A stretch of 64,000 nt of DNA from a virus. Lineage: Duplodnaviria > Caudoviricetes. Both the position numbers and the translations under genes were made by a program. Location: the IMG/VR virus record IMGVR_UViG_3300028832_000109, positions 44,609 to 108,608 of that record; one strand, 5' to 3'. A model generated the notes under the pieces. The model was not told the DNA's origin. It worked only from the letters and a program-made list of their open reading frames with translations, and made no database searches. This document shows positions 45,138 to 57,500 of the stretch, piece after piece (positions within the stretch are counted from its first letter, which is position 1; each line of letters starts with the position of its first letter).

Positions 45138-48100
45138 TTACTCTACGCTTGGGAACAGCAGGAACTCGTACGACGTAACGACGTTGTATATCTCGTCGAA
45201 ACGCTCGATTATCTCGTTCCTACGCTCGGTTTCCTCCGGTTGACCCGGGATTTCTTCACCGAACGGAACATCTGTACCCAGAATGTAAACTAGGTCGGAG
45301 AACGCGGCCCCGCCATCCTGTGAAATCGCCCCAACCAAAGAAACGACGCGCTCCGCGCCATATTTGACTAGGAATTCCACCAGTGACTGGTTCTTTGCGG
45401 TGAGCGCGGTGACCGACTGCTCGCTCGAAGTCTTCTGCGAATCGGCGATATCCTCGTCACGACGACGGAGAACCACGTAAATAAGCCCGAGTACCAGCAT
45501 GAACATCTCGCAAGGGTCGCCCTTGTGGAGGTATTCGTCCGAGAGCCATCCGGAAATTTCACCCGGGGACATGTCAATAGCACGAACGTCGCCCCGTGAT
45601 TCGGATTTCAGGTACTCGTAATCGTTCATGTTCAAGCCGTTACGAGCCAACCATGCGGAGGCCTTCATGAAAGAGGGCTTCTTCGCAAGCACGGCGTCAT
45701 ACTTGGCAATCAGTCTCTGGGTCAGCGGGTCGACGTTACCCGCTCCCGATGCCACATCCTCGGGTGGTATCAGGTGTCCCGGCTCGCTGTAGGAAATTCC
45801 CGACATCGCGAACCGCAGTACGCACCAGGGGAGAAGTTCATCGGGGTTCTCCGAGGGTGTGACACTCGCCTTGCGAAGCATCTCCTCCTGCTCATCCCCA
45901 TAAATCATGCGAATCCCATCGAACACGTCCTCTATCGCGCCCGGGGAGAATACATCCACGCGGTTGTCCTTCATTACACCGGACACCACTCGCTTAATGA
46001 AGTCGAACGCCTCCTTCGCACTGCAACGCTCCCCGGCCCCGTGGTGCAGAACGTCGCTCTCGATGAGCGCCTTCACGAAATCGAACTCGTTGATATACGG
46101 GTTGAGGCACCTCTTGGCGTGCTCGAATTCCTCCATGCTTCCGCAGAGGCCTACCTTGAGCTCGTCGTTGTTCATACCAAACACGGAGTACGTGTTCAGC
46201 CATGCGAGAGAAGTCTTGAGGAAGCGCCACATGCCGTAACCCTTGTGGGTAGGGCTAAGGGAACAGCTACGGAGCACCGCTCGGGCGTTCACATCATGCT
46301 GGCTGTCCCCCTTCATGCCGACTGCAGTCACGCCCGGATGTTCCTCGGAGTAACGCCGGATGAAGTCCCGCCATACATGCACGATGCTATCGCCTGAAAC
46401 ATCAGAATCTTCCGAACTGATTTCTTCCACGATTTTGCCGTCCGGCCCTGTGACAAGTCTGGACGTAGAACCCAGCGTGGTAAACCCATCGGATATGCGC
46501 AACAGCATGTCCTTGATGAAGCGAACCTTCTCCTTCTCGGAACTTTGGCTACGCGGAATACTGTCCGTGGTAAAGCCGAACATAGTACACATCGTTCGGT
46601 AGCTTCCGGTGTCCAATAGCGTATCGACCCTAGTATCGTGCACGTCATGCATCACGCTTCCGGAATCAACGTCAGCCATATCCTTCGTTTCGTTGGAAAG
46701 ATATTCGCGGCCGGCACCGATTTCCTCGCCATCCCGGTCCACGCCGGTCATTGTGGTATTTGTCTCGCTGTAATTGTCGATAAAGAAATCGAACAGCGGC
46801 TCGTCGGAGCCCGGCATGAGCTTCAAGGACCCGTTCACCATCATGCGACGGGGAGGCGTCTTGTAGGTGGCGTTCTCAACCCCGAGCCGGTAGAGTGCAG
46901 GGGATACGAACTCGTACACCCCGCGAGTCTTAGACTTGGCCTTAGACATGTCATTCAGTACCGTTGTCAGCAATGACTTATCGGCACTCTTCCCGTCAAG
47001 GTTCAGCGTACTCGCGGTCTTGACGGCCTTCTCGATGATTTCCTTCAAGTTGTATATGACGGCCTGGGTGGCACGGAATTTCCCTTCCTCAGTATTGGGG
47101 AACTGGATATATGAAGAGCCACTCGTCATCCGTCCCGGTGACGAATACACCGCATGCGCGGCCACGCCGTACTTTTCACTGAACCGCGCGACACCGATAA
47201 AGGCTAGCTCCGCAGCCAAGTCCTCCACCGAATAGCCCAGCTTCTTGATGGCATCTATGCCGGCACGGGTAACCTTCCGGCTTCCCGTACTGTTTCGCAT
47301 TTCAAGCGCGTCTATGATATCGGTGAACAGCTTGTGGGGTATGGCAAACACTGAACCACGGGTGACACGGGGATACGTCGTCCCCATATAACGTATGTTG
47401 ATGTTCTTACTGAACCCGCCAGAACTCTTTACTTGCGTACTGCCTGGAACTGAGCGGGTATCGTTGTACTGGCGGTCGCTCTTGCGGACGGCGTTCGTAT
47501 AGTAAAGAGCGCGGTCCCCCTCGCCGTCATTTCCCCTGTACGGAGCGAGTCTCGGTTCGCCGCCAGTCTTTCCGGCGATATGCGAGTTGATTATGCCCGC
47601 AGCCAGGCGAACGGCATCCTTGTCCCGCAAGTCGATGCCAAAGAACGTACCGCCCGAATAGAAATCCTTCATGGCGCGGCGGTAATGCATCGTGAGATAG
47701 AAAAGCGACACCAGGGTTTCCTGCGTAAGGACCCCGTCAGGCAATCCCGGAGGGACAAAGTCGTTGTCATGGGCAGCGATGCCCAGGGATTCCATGCACC
47801 ACCATACGTGCTGGGCTACCCTAGCCGGATTCATCTCATCACTCGGGCTTTCGTTCGGTTCACGCGCCATGGCCTCGGCCAGAGCATCCATCCCCTTCTG
47901 GACAGCTTCCGGTGTTTCCCCTCGCTCCCCGGAAAACTCGCGATACTTTTCCAGGATGTCCCCCGCGATTTTCAGCGTATTCCGAAGGAGGTCGCGCCGT
48001 TCGTAGTTCAGACGGGCCAGGTAGAGCGAGCGGTCGGCCTTCGATTGAGGCTCGTCGATTCCGGTATCGGTTTCCTCGGCCGTCCCGTCGACCACATTCA

Positions 48101-48341
48101 TACCGAGCCTGTCAGTGTCGCTATCGAGGGAACTGTCCGCGGATGGCTCGGAATAGCCCATCTCGTCCTCACCCTCGTAGTCCACAATGCGACCGTAATC
48201 CCCTATGCCACCAGAGATGTCCTCGCTCCGGTCGACCTGTTCGTCGGATTCAGCTTCGAGCGCGGCACGCGGCTTGGAGGGCTTCCGAACGACGGCGCCC
48301 CATGATTCCACCAAATTGCGATTGTAAAGATTGAGCGGCAT
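45138..48341 (-). CDS. Large hypothetical late protein (1067 aa)
   Basis: ATAAACT at 48370-48376; LVES, ALEA near the N-terminus; no motif recognised. Confidence 0.75.
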   Translation of the reverse strand: MPLNLYNRNLVESWGAVVRKPSKPRAALEAESDEQVDRSEDISGGIGDYGRIVDYEGEDEMGYSEPSADSSLDSDTDRLGMNVVDGTAEETDTGIDEPQSKADRSLYLARLNYERRDLLRNTLKIAGDILEKYREFSGERGETPEAVQKGMDALAEAMAREPNESPSDEMNPARVAQHVWWCMESLGIAAHDNDFVPPGLPDGVLTQETLVSLFYLTMHYRRAMKDFYSGGTFFGIDLRDKDAVRLAAGIINSHIAGKTGGEPRLAPYRGNDGEGDRALYYTNAVRKSDRQYNDTRSVPGSTQVKSSGGFSKNINIRYMGTTYPRVTRGSVFAIPHKLFTDIIDALEMRNSTGSRKVTRAGIDAIKKLGYSVEDLAAELAFIGVARFSEKYGVAAHAVYSSPGRMTSGSSYIQFPNTEEGKFRATQAVIYNLKEIIEKAVKTASTLNLDGKSADKSLLTTVLNDMSKAKSKTRGVYEFVSPALYRLGVENATYKTPPRRMMVNGSLKLMPGSDEPLFDFFIDNYSETNTTMTGVDRDGEEIGAGREYLSNETKDMADVDSGSVMHDVHDTRVDTLLDTGSYRTMCTMFGFTTDSIPRSQSSEKEKVRFIKDMLLRISDGFTTLGSTSRLVTGPDGKIVEEISSEDSDVSGDSIVHVWRDFIRRYSEEHPGVTAVGMKGDSQHDVNARAVLRSCSLSPTHKGYGMWRFLKTSLAWLNTYSVFGMNNDELKVGLCGSMEEFEHAKRCLNPYINEFDFVKALIESDVLHHGAGERCSAKEAFDFIKRVVSGVMKDNRVDVFSPGAIEDVFDGIRMIYGDEQEEMLRKASVTPSENPDELLPWCVLRFAMSGISYSEPGHLIPPEDVASGAGNVDPLTQRLIAKYDAVLAKKPSFMKASAWLARNGLNMNDYEYLKSESRGDVRAIDMSPGEISGWLSDEYLHKGDPCEMFMLVLGLIYVVLRRRDEDIADSQKTSSEQSVTALTAKNQSLVEFLVKYGAERVVSLVGAISQDGGAAFSDLVYILGTDVPFGEEIPGQPEETERRNEIIERFDEIYNVVTSYEFLLFPSVE

Positions 48342-48381
48342 AAATATGGATTCCAGCTAAGATATCCATAGTTTATGGTGT

Positions 48382-49347
48382 TCAGGTGGGTTCGTTACCG
48401 CCGGATTCTTCGGAATAGTATTCCTCGTAGTCGAAATTGGGGACGTCGGAATCGTCCGGCAAACCTTCGCCGTCCTCCTCCATGCTATCCGCCCGCAGTT
48501 TCTCGTCGTACATAACGAATGCCTGCTCCAGCTCGAGCTCGTCCACGAACAACACGTCATGGGGAATGTCATCCTGTTGGAGCATATGAATGGCACAGTC
48601 GACCAAGGAAGCCTCGTTGGGTACCCATACGTTGAACAGCCACCCATCTATCCCGGCGATTGCCCCAACGCACACGATGTCCGGATTTCCACCGCAGAGT
48701 ATCACTTCCACGCGGCCGCGGATTCCATCCGTGTCGTTTTCAGCGTCAGGCTCCCCGCCCATGAAATCCTTGTTCGGCCGGAACATGGCCGACTCGGTGG
48801 CGTTTACGGCATATACCTCGAACAGTGTTCCCCCCATGCGCTGTATCGTGCCGACGTGGTTCATCCTGTACGGGTTGGATGCGAGGTACCCGTTCACTAT
48901 TTCAGGGTCTATCCCGCTATCCTCCGATGGCACGTGCTTGCTGGTGAACTCCACCGCATAAGCGTACGCCTCGCACGGGTCGTCCACGTATCCGATACTG
49001 TACACGTTGGAATTGTCCCTGGAATACAGGTCAGTTATGAACCGACCCGGCTTGTCTGTCATGTACATGTCCCCGCCGCCACGGCCCTCGACAGAAATGC
49101 CCGGTTCGAGAATGAGGGGCACTCCCCCGAGCATATAGATGTACAGTATCTCGGTGGTTATCATACCGATAGAGCCACCGACAATGTATATGGGAACAGG
49201 ACGGCCCTGGCATTCGGGGTCGTCCGACAACTTGTCCAGTTCCCCCATGAGCTCCATGTACTGGTCAACACCGTCATAGTCCGCCTGCACTACTGCAAAA
49301 GGCGGCCGAACGGATGAAAGGCCATTCATGTAGCTCAACGACGGCAT
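48382..49347 (-). CDS. Hypothetical acidic protein
   Basis: 321 aa, in operon downstream of dnaJ. Confidence 0.7.
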   Translation of the reverse strand: MPSLSYMNGLSSVRPPFAVVQADYDGVDQYMELMGELDKLSDDPECQGRPVPIYIVGGSIGMITTEILYIYMLGGVPLILEPGISVEGRGGGDMYMTDKPGRFITDLYSRDNSNVYSIGYVDDPCEAYAYAVEFTSKHVPSEDSGIDPEIVNGYLASNPYRMNHVGTIQRMGGTLFEVYAVNATESAMFRPNKDFMGGEPDAENDTDGIRGRVEVILCGGNPDIVCVGAIAGIDGWLFNVWVPNEASLVDCAIHMLQQDDIPHDVLFVDELELEQAFVMYDEKLRADSMEEDGEGLPDDSDVPNFDYEEYYSEESGGNEPT

Positions 49348-49351
49348 CTAC

Positions 49352-49813
49352 TTATCTCTTGGTAATCCTGAACACAGGAGTCCGCGGCGCAGGCTGCGGG
49401 GCGACCTTCTTGGGCTCAGTCTCGGCCAGTTCCTCTTCCGTGAGGAACACCTTCAACGTTTCCACCATGTTGACGAAAAGCGGCGGGTCGGTATATGACG
49501 GATTGGCCTTGTTGGCCTCGCGCAGCTTATGCATCTCGTCCTTGTAGTCGGTGATGCGCATCTTGATGGCGTCGTGGATTCCTTCCGGGATGTCCGAAAT
49601 GTCGATGTCGAACTTCTTCTCGGGGAAGTCGCATGTCGCCTCACCGTCCACAATCCTGATTCCGAGTTCGGCCTGTTCTTCCGGGCTGAACTCGAACTTC
49701 GGGAGGAAAACCCTGAAGAATGGAAAGTACGTCTGCAACGTGCTAGGGAGGTTGTAAGCGTACTTGACGATGTTGTAGCGGTCTTTGACAGTCAAATGAA
49801 GAATCTTTTCCAT
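49352..49813 (-). CDS. Hypothetical protein
   Basis: 153 aa with GAGGA RBS. Confidence 0.7.
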   Translation of the reverse strand: MEKILHLTVKDRYNIVKYAYNLPSTLQTYFPFFRVFLPKFEFSPEEQAELGIRIVDGEATCDFPEKKFDIDISDIPEGIHDAIKMRITDYKDEMHKLREANKANPSYTDPPLFVNMVETLKVFLTEEELAETEPKKVAPQPAPRTPVFRITKR

Positions 49814-49849
49814 ATTATCCTCGGCGGGGATACACCCCTGGTTCCAAAA

Positions 49850-50854
49850 TTATGTCTTTTCTGCTTTCCTGGCGGTCTTTCTCGCATCGCGCAATGCCGA
49901 ATAGGCCTTCTTGACCCATTCCCCATCCTCTTCCGGGGCAAGTTCGATGTTAACCATGGCCCGCAACCCGGTGCCGCAAAGGTTGTCTACGGGATATCCG
50001 TACGTGAAGTCGAGCGTCTTGGGTGGGACGGATACCACGAGCAGCCTCCCGTATACGTCGAAATCTAGCGTTGTGCCCAAAATGAAGTCCTCCGGAGGTA
50101 TCCGGCGGGTAAAACTGATGAACGGGAACCCGTCGGGGGACATGAACGCCTCCATCCCGCGTTCCTCGTCGATGAGGGGGTTGATTGAAACCCGGAGGTC
50201 ACCGTTCGCGCCACCCTTTATGCCCTCGTTGCCATGTCCCGGAGCCACAATTTCGGTCATTCCCGGCATCAGGTCAAACTGATAGGTGCATTCCTTGACA
50301 AATTTGCCCTCCCCATGGCATATTGGGCATTCTCCAGTGGCAATATAGCTAGCCCCGTTGCATTTCGGGCACGTTTTTTCCTTTTTTCGGAAGACAATCT
50401 TTCCCGTCGCCCCGCATCTCGGGCAGTTTACTACCTTTTCAGCACCCCGCCCGGAGCACATCAAGCACTCGGTAGTCTTCTCGTATTTCAACTCGTACCC
50501 GTACTTGCCGAAAATGAACGTCTCCAGAGGAACATTCTCGGTAACTTCGATGTCACTTCCCCTATCGGCGCATCGGTCATCAACGGGAGGCTTTCCGAAA
50601 TTGGCCGCCACATCAGATTTCCCGAAAACTTTCTCCGTCCACTTGAACATTACGGTAAAGTCGTTGCCGTTCACGTACTTCTTGCGCAGTTCCGGAGTCT
50701 TGATGAGGGCGTAGGCCTCGTTTATCTTCGCCATCTCGTCAGCGCTGCCGCCTATGTCCGGGTGATTCTTGCGGGCAAGCTCTTTGTACCGGGCCAAAAT
50801 CTCTTCGTCAGTGGCCGATGGACTGACCCCGAGTATCCCATATGCGTCTATCAT
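49850..50854 (-). CDS. dnaJ: DnaJ-type co-chaperone
   Basis: J-domain 'YGILGVS...NHPD..G...INEAY'; four CxxCxGxG-like repeats (CLMCSGRG, CPRCGATG, CPKCNGAS, CPICHGEG); 'GANGDLRV'. Confidence 0.92.
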   Translation of the reverse strand: MIDAYGILGVSPSATDEEILARYKELARKNHPDIGGSADEMAKINEAYALIKTPELRKKYVNGNDFTVMFKWTEKVFGKSDVAANFGKPPVDDRCADRGSDIEVTENVPLETFIFGKYGYELKYEKTTECLMCSGRGAEKVVNCPRCGATGKIVFRKKEKTCPKCNGASYIATGECPICHGEGKFVKECTYQFDLMPGMTEIVAPGHGNEGIKGGANGDLRVSINPLIDEERGMEAFMSPDGFPFISFTRRIPPEDFILGTTLDFDVYGRLLVVSVPPKTLDFTYGYPVDNLCGTGLRAMVNIELAPEEDGEWVKKAYSALRDARKTARKAEKT

Positions 50855-50910
50855 CGAAAACCTCCGCCCTATAAACTACGATTAAATTCCCGAACGCGCG
50901 AGGGCCATCG

Positions 50911-51519
50911 ATGACACCGGAAGAATTAGTCAACCTGTATTACCAGAAACCGCCAAAAAAGCCGGAAGACCCGAAAATTCCGTCCGGGCTCAACGAATCC
51001 AGCGAAACATCCGACTCCGACGGGGTCGGCAAGGTAAAGGTAACCCACCCGGTCGACGGCACAAAGAAGCACCCGAAAAACGGTTGCGCCTGGGATGCCA
51101 TGGGTCCCCTGGCCGGTTCCGGGGAATCCGGGCCGTTTGACGGCCTCAATGATGGAGAGGGGGCACAAATAGGCGAAAGCTCCGTTCCTGCAGCTCCGGC
51201 CGCACCGGCATCCGGTGGCGCAATGGGTGAATCGATGCTGACACGCAAGGAGTTCAACGCCATCCTGGAAGGCTTGATGGAAAAGTACCCGAACTCCTCG
51301 GCGCCAGCCCAAATTCGGGCGATGTTCAACAGCATGCAGTCCGGCGGCAACGGCCAGCTTTATTGTGGAGCGGACGGATGCGAATCGTTGGGCAACCCAA
51401 TGAAGGAACAGATAACCGAAGGGAATCAGTTAATCAGCGCTGCTACGGCCACAGTCGAAGCCGCCCTCATGACATACCGCATCCTGACCGGGCAGGACTA
51501 TCCCGGAGTAGTCAACTAA
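50911..51519 (+). CDS. Hypothetical late protein
   Basis: ATAAACT at 50871-50877; LNES, IGES, MGES, ILEG motifs. Confidence 0.7.
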   Translation: MTPEELVNLYYQKPPKKPEDPKIPSGLNESSETSDSDGVGKVKVTHPVDGTKKHPKNGCAWDAMGPLAGSGESGPFDGLNDGEGAQIGESSVPAAPAAPASGGAMGESMLTRKEFNAILEGLMEKYPNSSAPAQIRAMFNSMQSGGNGQLYCGADGCESLGNPMKEQITEGNQLISAATATVEAALMTYRILTGQDYPGVVN

Positions 51520-51540
51520 TCTTTGCATTAATCAATATAA

Positions 51541-51564
51541 AAGGGGCGGCCTTGGCCGCCCCTT
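51541..51564. terminator. Bidirectional intrinsic terminator between convergent genes
   Basis: AAGGGGCGGC-cttg-GCCGCCCCTT flanked by an A-tract and a T-rich tract. Confidence 0.85.
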
Positions 51565-51568
51565 CTTC

Positions 51569-54500
51569 TTAGTCTTCCTGGTCCTCCGGCTCACCGGGTT
51601 CCCCTTCGGGTTCCGGCTCCGCCTCGGGATTGGCACCCCGGCCAGTGTCCCCGGGAAGACGGACCGGGAGACTCACCTCATCCCGAGTGTTGTTGTACAA
51701 TGCACTCGAGATGTCACCCTGCGCGATGTTGCTGCGGCGAACATATATGCCGTCGCCCAGTTCAACAGTCTGCCCCTGGTTGAGCGTGTCGAACTCATCG
51801 GCCGGCATATCCTTCATCATGTTATTCAACCGGGCACATATGCCCTTGTCGACAATCTGGCGGAAGAGCGACCAGAGCTGGTTGCGCAACATACTGTTCT
51901 CCACACGGGAATCCAGCTTGCGGTTTCCTGCACTGGTGTACCTGGAAATCTCGTCCGCGAACTCCTTCCAGTCGTTCACGCTACCGCTAAGCTCGCTGGA
52001 ACCGACCACATCGTTCGTAATGTCGCGAATGATGGACACTGGGATATCGAATGTGTACCAGAAATTATTTCCGCGGTAACGGTTGAAGCGATGCCTGAAC
52101 CTGACATAACCCGGGCGAGAGCTAATCGATATAGCCTTGCGGTCGCGCAGGGTATTCAGGAGCAGGGACACGATACCGTCCGTAGAAATCGGGATATCCT
52201 TGTTCATGGAAGCGCACATGCGGATGCAACGGTAGAAGTCCTCGTTCAGGAGTTCATCCGAATCAGATGGGACACCCTCGCCTTCCTCCACCGTTTCGCT
52301 GTATTTGTCAAGGGCATCACTTATGATAGCCATGCACTCGTTGCGGTCGACCGGCTCACCGTTGATGTAGTAGTCCACACCTTCGCGGAACATGTCGGAA
52401 TCCGCAACCTTGACCGGAGATTCCGGGATGGTCGCAAGCGCTTTCAAGAGTTCATCGAGCATTTCCCTGCTCGGGACGTTATCGGCAGCGACACCACGTG
52501 CGGCAGACGCCACACCGGCAGCCGGGACAACATCCTTGAGGTAGAACTTCTTGCAACGGGCGAACGCGGAAGCGATATCGTTCCTCAAAGCAACGTAGTC
52601 TTCGGCGGTCTCCGCATTACCTTCGGCACTTGCCCGTTCAGCACGGGTCATTTCGTCTAAACTCGCCGAGTCGTTCCAGTAGCAATGTGCCTCGGCAAAT
52701 TCGTCGACGGAATTCTCGAACTGGCGTTTGCTGTCCTTCGAACCCTCACCGAACAACGAATCTATGCCATCCATCACTTCATTCAACATCTTCAGAGCAT
52801 AGGCTCGCCGAGTACCCGCACCATCCTCGTCATTCCATTCACTGCCGCATTTGTTGGCAAGAGCTTTCGCACGGAGTACCTCGCGCTTTGCATCCGTCAA
52901 GTTATCGGCAGACGCCTTCATTGTAGCGACAATACCATCGTGTGTCGTCTTCATGAGGACGGCAAGCTTGGACTTCAATGACGCGATGTACTTGTTGAAC
53001 TGTGCAATAGCCGCACTTCCGGTACATCCGTTAATCTTGAACTGGACTGACTGCAACGCTTCGGCGGCCTCATCAGCAGAAACCTTTCCGGAGAGTGCAT
53101 CGGCAACCTTGTCATAAAGCTTGTCGAGACCGTTGGCGTTGTTAATCGTCTCGGTACCGAGAATAGGAACCGTCCCGTGCATGACCTTGCGAGCCTGCAG
53201 CTCGCGGTTCTTTGCAGTCGGATACGCTTCAAGATACAACGTACGGAACTCACCGTTGCGGTTTACCGCGGCATCGACCGTCTCGTTAGCCACGTTACGC
53301 AGCTTGCCCTGGCTGTTACGGCTTGCTATTTCCAGGCTAGTGGCACCCAGACGTTTCATGTAATCACGAACAAGAGTAACAGCAACCGTATTGCTTTCTG
53401 CCCCAAGCGTCTCGCTGATTTTCCCGACCGCAGCAGCAGCATCAACCTTCTGGCTAGCAAGGTCAACCAGAGCGTCAGAAATCTGCGCCAACGGCTTTCC
53501 GGTATCGGTAACCGTATTCTTGGCAATCATGCGGTCAACGAAATCGATGATAAGTTCGGATAACGCAGAGTCTTCAATATCAACGAGTTGGTCCATCGGA
53601 ATCTGATGTGACAGAACTTCAAGACATTCCTTCGCCGTTTTCTCACCCAAAATATCGCGCAGGCTGGAATTCGGGATTTCCTCACCATTTATCTCACGGT
53701 TCGCAGAAATGGAATTCCTAAGCCAAGTTGCCTTAGGTGTATCGGGGTGTGCCCGCAAATTCTGCAATGCTTTACCGAGAGCAATCTTGATATTCATCGA
53801 ATGAGCTTCCATCCGTTCAGGGATTTCGGGTAAGTTACCGTATTCTTCGCCATAAACACTGCGCATCAGTTCGTCGGACATCGTCTCCTGCTGCTTTCCG
53901 CGCAGAATCGATGCGGCCTGGTCTATGACATGGTGCATCGCGCTGTTAAGCGCAGAATCATCCATGCACATGTACAAGACAGAAAGCGGAACGAAGAGAG
54001 CGCCGTCGGAAACGGTAGTCCTAGAAGCAACAATCATCGTATTGGTAAACCGCTTCACGGTATCCGCATACAGCTTGATGTTGGTATCAGAATCGCGACG
54101 GCGTAGCGTACGGAGAGCCGAACTCGACTCGAGCTTCCTGGTAACTACTGCCTCTCTCATCTTCCTGGCCACATCGACAGCGCTGTCGCCATTTTCAAGC
54201 GGAACATTGATTGCCTTACCAATTTCCTCCAACGACGAGAATGCGGGGGAGCCTGCATCATCGAACCTCGCCTCAGTGGTACTGTTGCTGACTATTGCCG
54301 AACCATTCTGGTCAAAAATGACCCAGGTCATCGTATCATAGTCCAACTGGCCATCGTTTGTAAGAAGACCTTTAACGACGTACGCGGGAACGGCAACCGG
54401 TATCTGGTCAGTACCCTGCTGGGCAGCATCCTGTTCAGCACCACGGCCCATGACATAATCAAGCGCGGTATTCAGGTTTTCGTAGCCAGCGGACCCATTA

Positions 54501-57500
54501 CGTTCGTCAGTCATAAGCTCGTAAAGGAGAACCGCGCCGAGGTCATTGACGGCCTCACCACTATAGATGTTACGGTAGCTACTCTCGTGCTTAGTCTTGC
54601 TCTTTTCCACTAGGTCGTTAAACGGAACGATTGCACCCATGAAACCACGGGTATCACCCATGCCAAGCTCATCATAAATTGTTGCGAGAGTGTTAGCGTA
54701 GCGTTCGCTACTGCTCATCCCAGCAAGCGTTGAGTCCTTGAACTTGGAATACGCTTCCTTGGTCAAGGCTGTCTTCGCGCGGGACAGAACGCCCGCGCCC
54801 TTGCCGGAGCGACCATTGTTTGAGCCCGCACTGCCCAAGGCGACGCTGGCGTACCTGTCCGCAGGGGACGTGTCCTCGGTATACCCGTACTGCCCGAACG
54901 CCCGTTGACCGTAGACTTCAAGGCCTTCCGGACTGTCACTCAGCATCTCGTTCTTGTTGTAGGACTCGATGTTGAGGATGATGTTTGCTATCGCAGTCGC
55001 TATCGTTCGGGCTGCACGGATGGCTACGTATTCCGGATTGGCCTCCGGATTTCCGCGGTCGGTCTCCAACTGGGAATTGACTCCGGAAAGCACTCGGTTG
55101 AACGCATCAACCATTTCTCGAAGCATCGGAAGGACAGTAAGGTCCTTGCAACGCTTGGCCACCTTCCCGAAAGCCAACCGGACATCCTTGGCCTCAGCAA
55201 GCACGTTGCGTTGGTAAAACGGCTTCTTAGAAGCCATGAAATTGTAGAACGCGTCGATTGCCATATCGAGGGGATACGTCTTGCTGTTGATGTATTCCCT
55301 GATTGCCATGTTCTTACCGACAACGCCATCCGATATGCGGGACAGGGTATCATGTGCCGAGTCGAGCGCCAAGGCTACCTTCTTGAACTCGGTCGGGCTG
55401 ATTCCAGACGCGACATTGAAGTTGCCCTGACCGCTGTGCATACCCGATGGGTCACAGAGAATCATCCCCAGCATTGTACAGTCGGTAACGTCACTGAACG
55501 TTGATATATCACCCGATGCGTCGAACTCGTCGAGCTGTTGCTCGTTGACAGAGGACATCACGTAATCACCTGTATGGTCATCGCGTTCACCCGTCACATC
55601 CGGTCTAACCAGTTCGGCAGCTTCCGGGTCGTCGGATGCTGCGATACGGGTCGGCGAACCCTCGCCCACCTCGTCATTGTAGTCATTTTTAACCTTCCTC
55701 AACGAGCGGTTTTCGTCAATCATGTCCATGGCAGCTTGAGTTGCCATCATAACATCGACCACGGAACGGCTCATTACTTCCGGGGAAAGCCGGACTGCCG
55801 GCATAATAGCCTCAATACGGTCGGCCAGGCATTTCACCGCGGCAGGAGACACCATCACGTCACGGAAAGACGAAATCTTTCCATCAAGATTCAGTTCGCC
55901 TCGCGAATTCCTGTGTTCCTCGGATGAGAAGTCATACTTGACGGCCGTACAATACAGCTTGTACAGCCTGTTCAGGACTTCCATCCCTTCCGTATAGAGG
56001 TCATCCCCCGCGCCTTCCTGGCCTACCAGTTGGGCGATGCGCTCGTTGCATTCGGCATATTCGTCCTCGATACCGTATTTGGAGAAGTATTCCTCGGAGC
56101 TCCACTCTTCACCGGTATTCGCGAGCGTGACGGTGTCGCCTTCCATACCGCCGACCTCGAATGGGTTGGCATAGACCTGGAGATAGGATTCCATGGCTGA
56201 CCGAATCCTCGCGGCCTTCGACTCCGGCGTCTGCGCGGATGAACAGAATTCCATAACACTCCGCAGCGCCAGCATAGAAGATATGTCGGTAACAAAGTCC
56301 GGATTCTTATCGAGCTTTGTAGCGTAAAGGGAGTTAGCCACACCGTCCATGATGTCGGTCGCGGCCTTTAATGGAGTCTTTCCCTTTATGTTCCTGAACT
56401 GAATGGCGTCGTTGAACATATTGTCGCGAATGACCTTGCCATTGTTCACAAACGCCAGAAGGTCCTTCACCCGGTTATAGGTGCCGTCGCTCATGTTCCA
56501 GAGTATATCGCCGGCACGCTTGACCGCGGTAAGCGCCGGCTGGCTGGCAGTACCAAGGAACCCGGCTGCGGCCCTCATGCTAGGAGTAGAATCCATGGGG
56601 TTGGTGCGGCCACCGGCGATATCGGCCTCTGCATTGGAAGCATCGATAACATCCTGTGGACGCTCGAACGTGTTCATGCCGCCCTCGTCGGTCTGGATGG
56701 TCACGAAATTCACACCACGCCAGATGGCATACTGGAAATGGGCGGTGTCGCTGTCGGAAATCTTGATGATACTGCCCGGAGTCCAGTCATTCAGACGCGA
56801 TTCCGGAATATCCGACGCGATAATACCGCTACCCGGCGCAAACCGGACACGGAAAGAACGCTCGCCGTTACTTCCGGTGACAGCATATACCTTACCCATC
56901 GTGCTACGGAGCAGCTGCTTGCCATCAGACGTTACCGTACCCTCGGCACCGCCAGTCAGACGGAGACGGCCGTTAGCCTCGGTGTTGACCGGGGAAATCG
57001 GGAGCACCTTGGAAGCTTCAAGTTCACCGCTCAACTCGTAGTCATAAGAACCGCTCTTGATGTTGAAGATGTAACGCTCAACGTAATACCGGGTATCCCG
57101 TATGATATCCGCCAGAGTATCGGCGAACTTGCGGAGTTTTGTTCCTCCTCGCTGGATACGGGCATCGAGGTAGTCAAGGATGGCACGTCCTATGCTCATC
57201 CAGCTGTCCTCGTTGGTAATGGCGTCCACCCACTCGTTGCGCAGCATGACCGCGTTGGCCGGGTTGCTGCTTCCGGCAATCTTGCGGAAATATTCGTTGA
57301 CAATCTCGTTGACTTCCTCGGCATTGATATCCGCATCTTCGGCGATGCCAATCTTTACGATAGAGGTTTCGTCCTCCCCTGCTTCCGTTTCCCTGGAAAG
57401 CCATGGAAGGGGCGGGATGTTGCTGTCCCCATATGCAATGGAGAGGTACGTCACCAACGCCGTCGTCAATCGGTAAAGCTGCCGTTCTACAGGGTCATCA

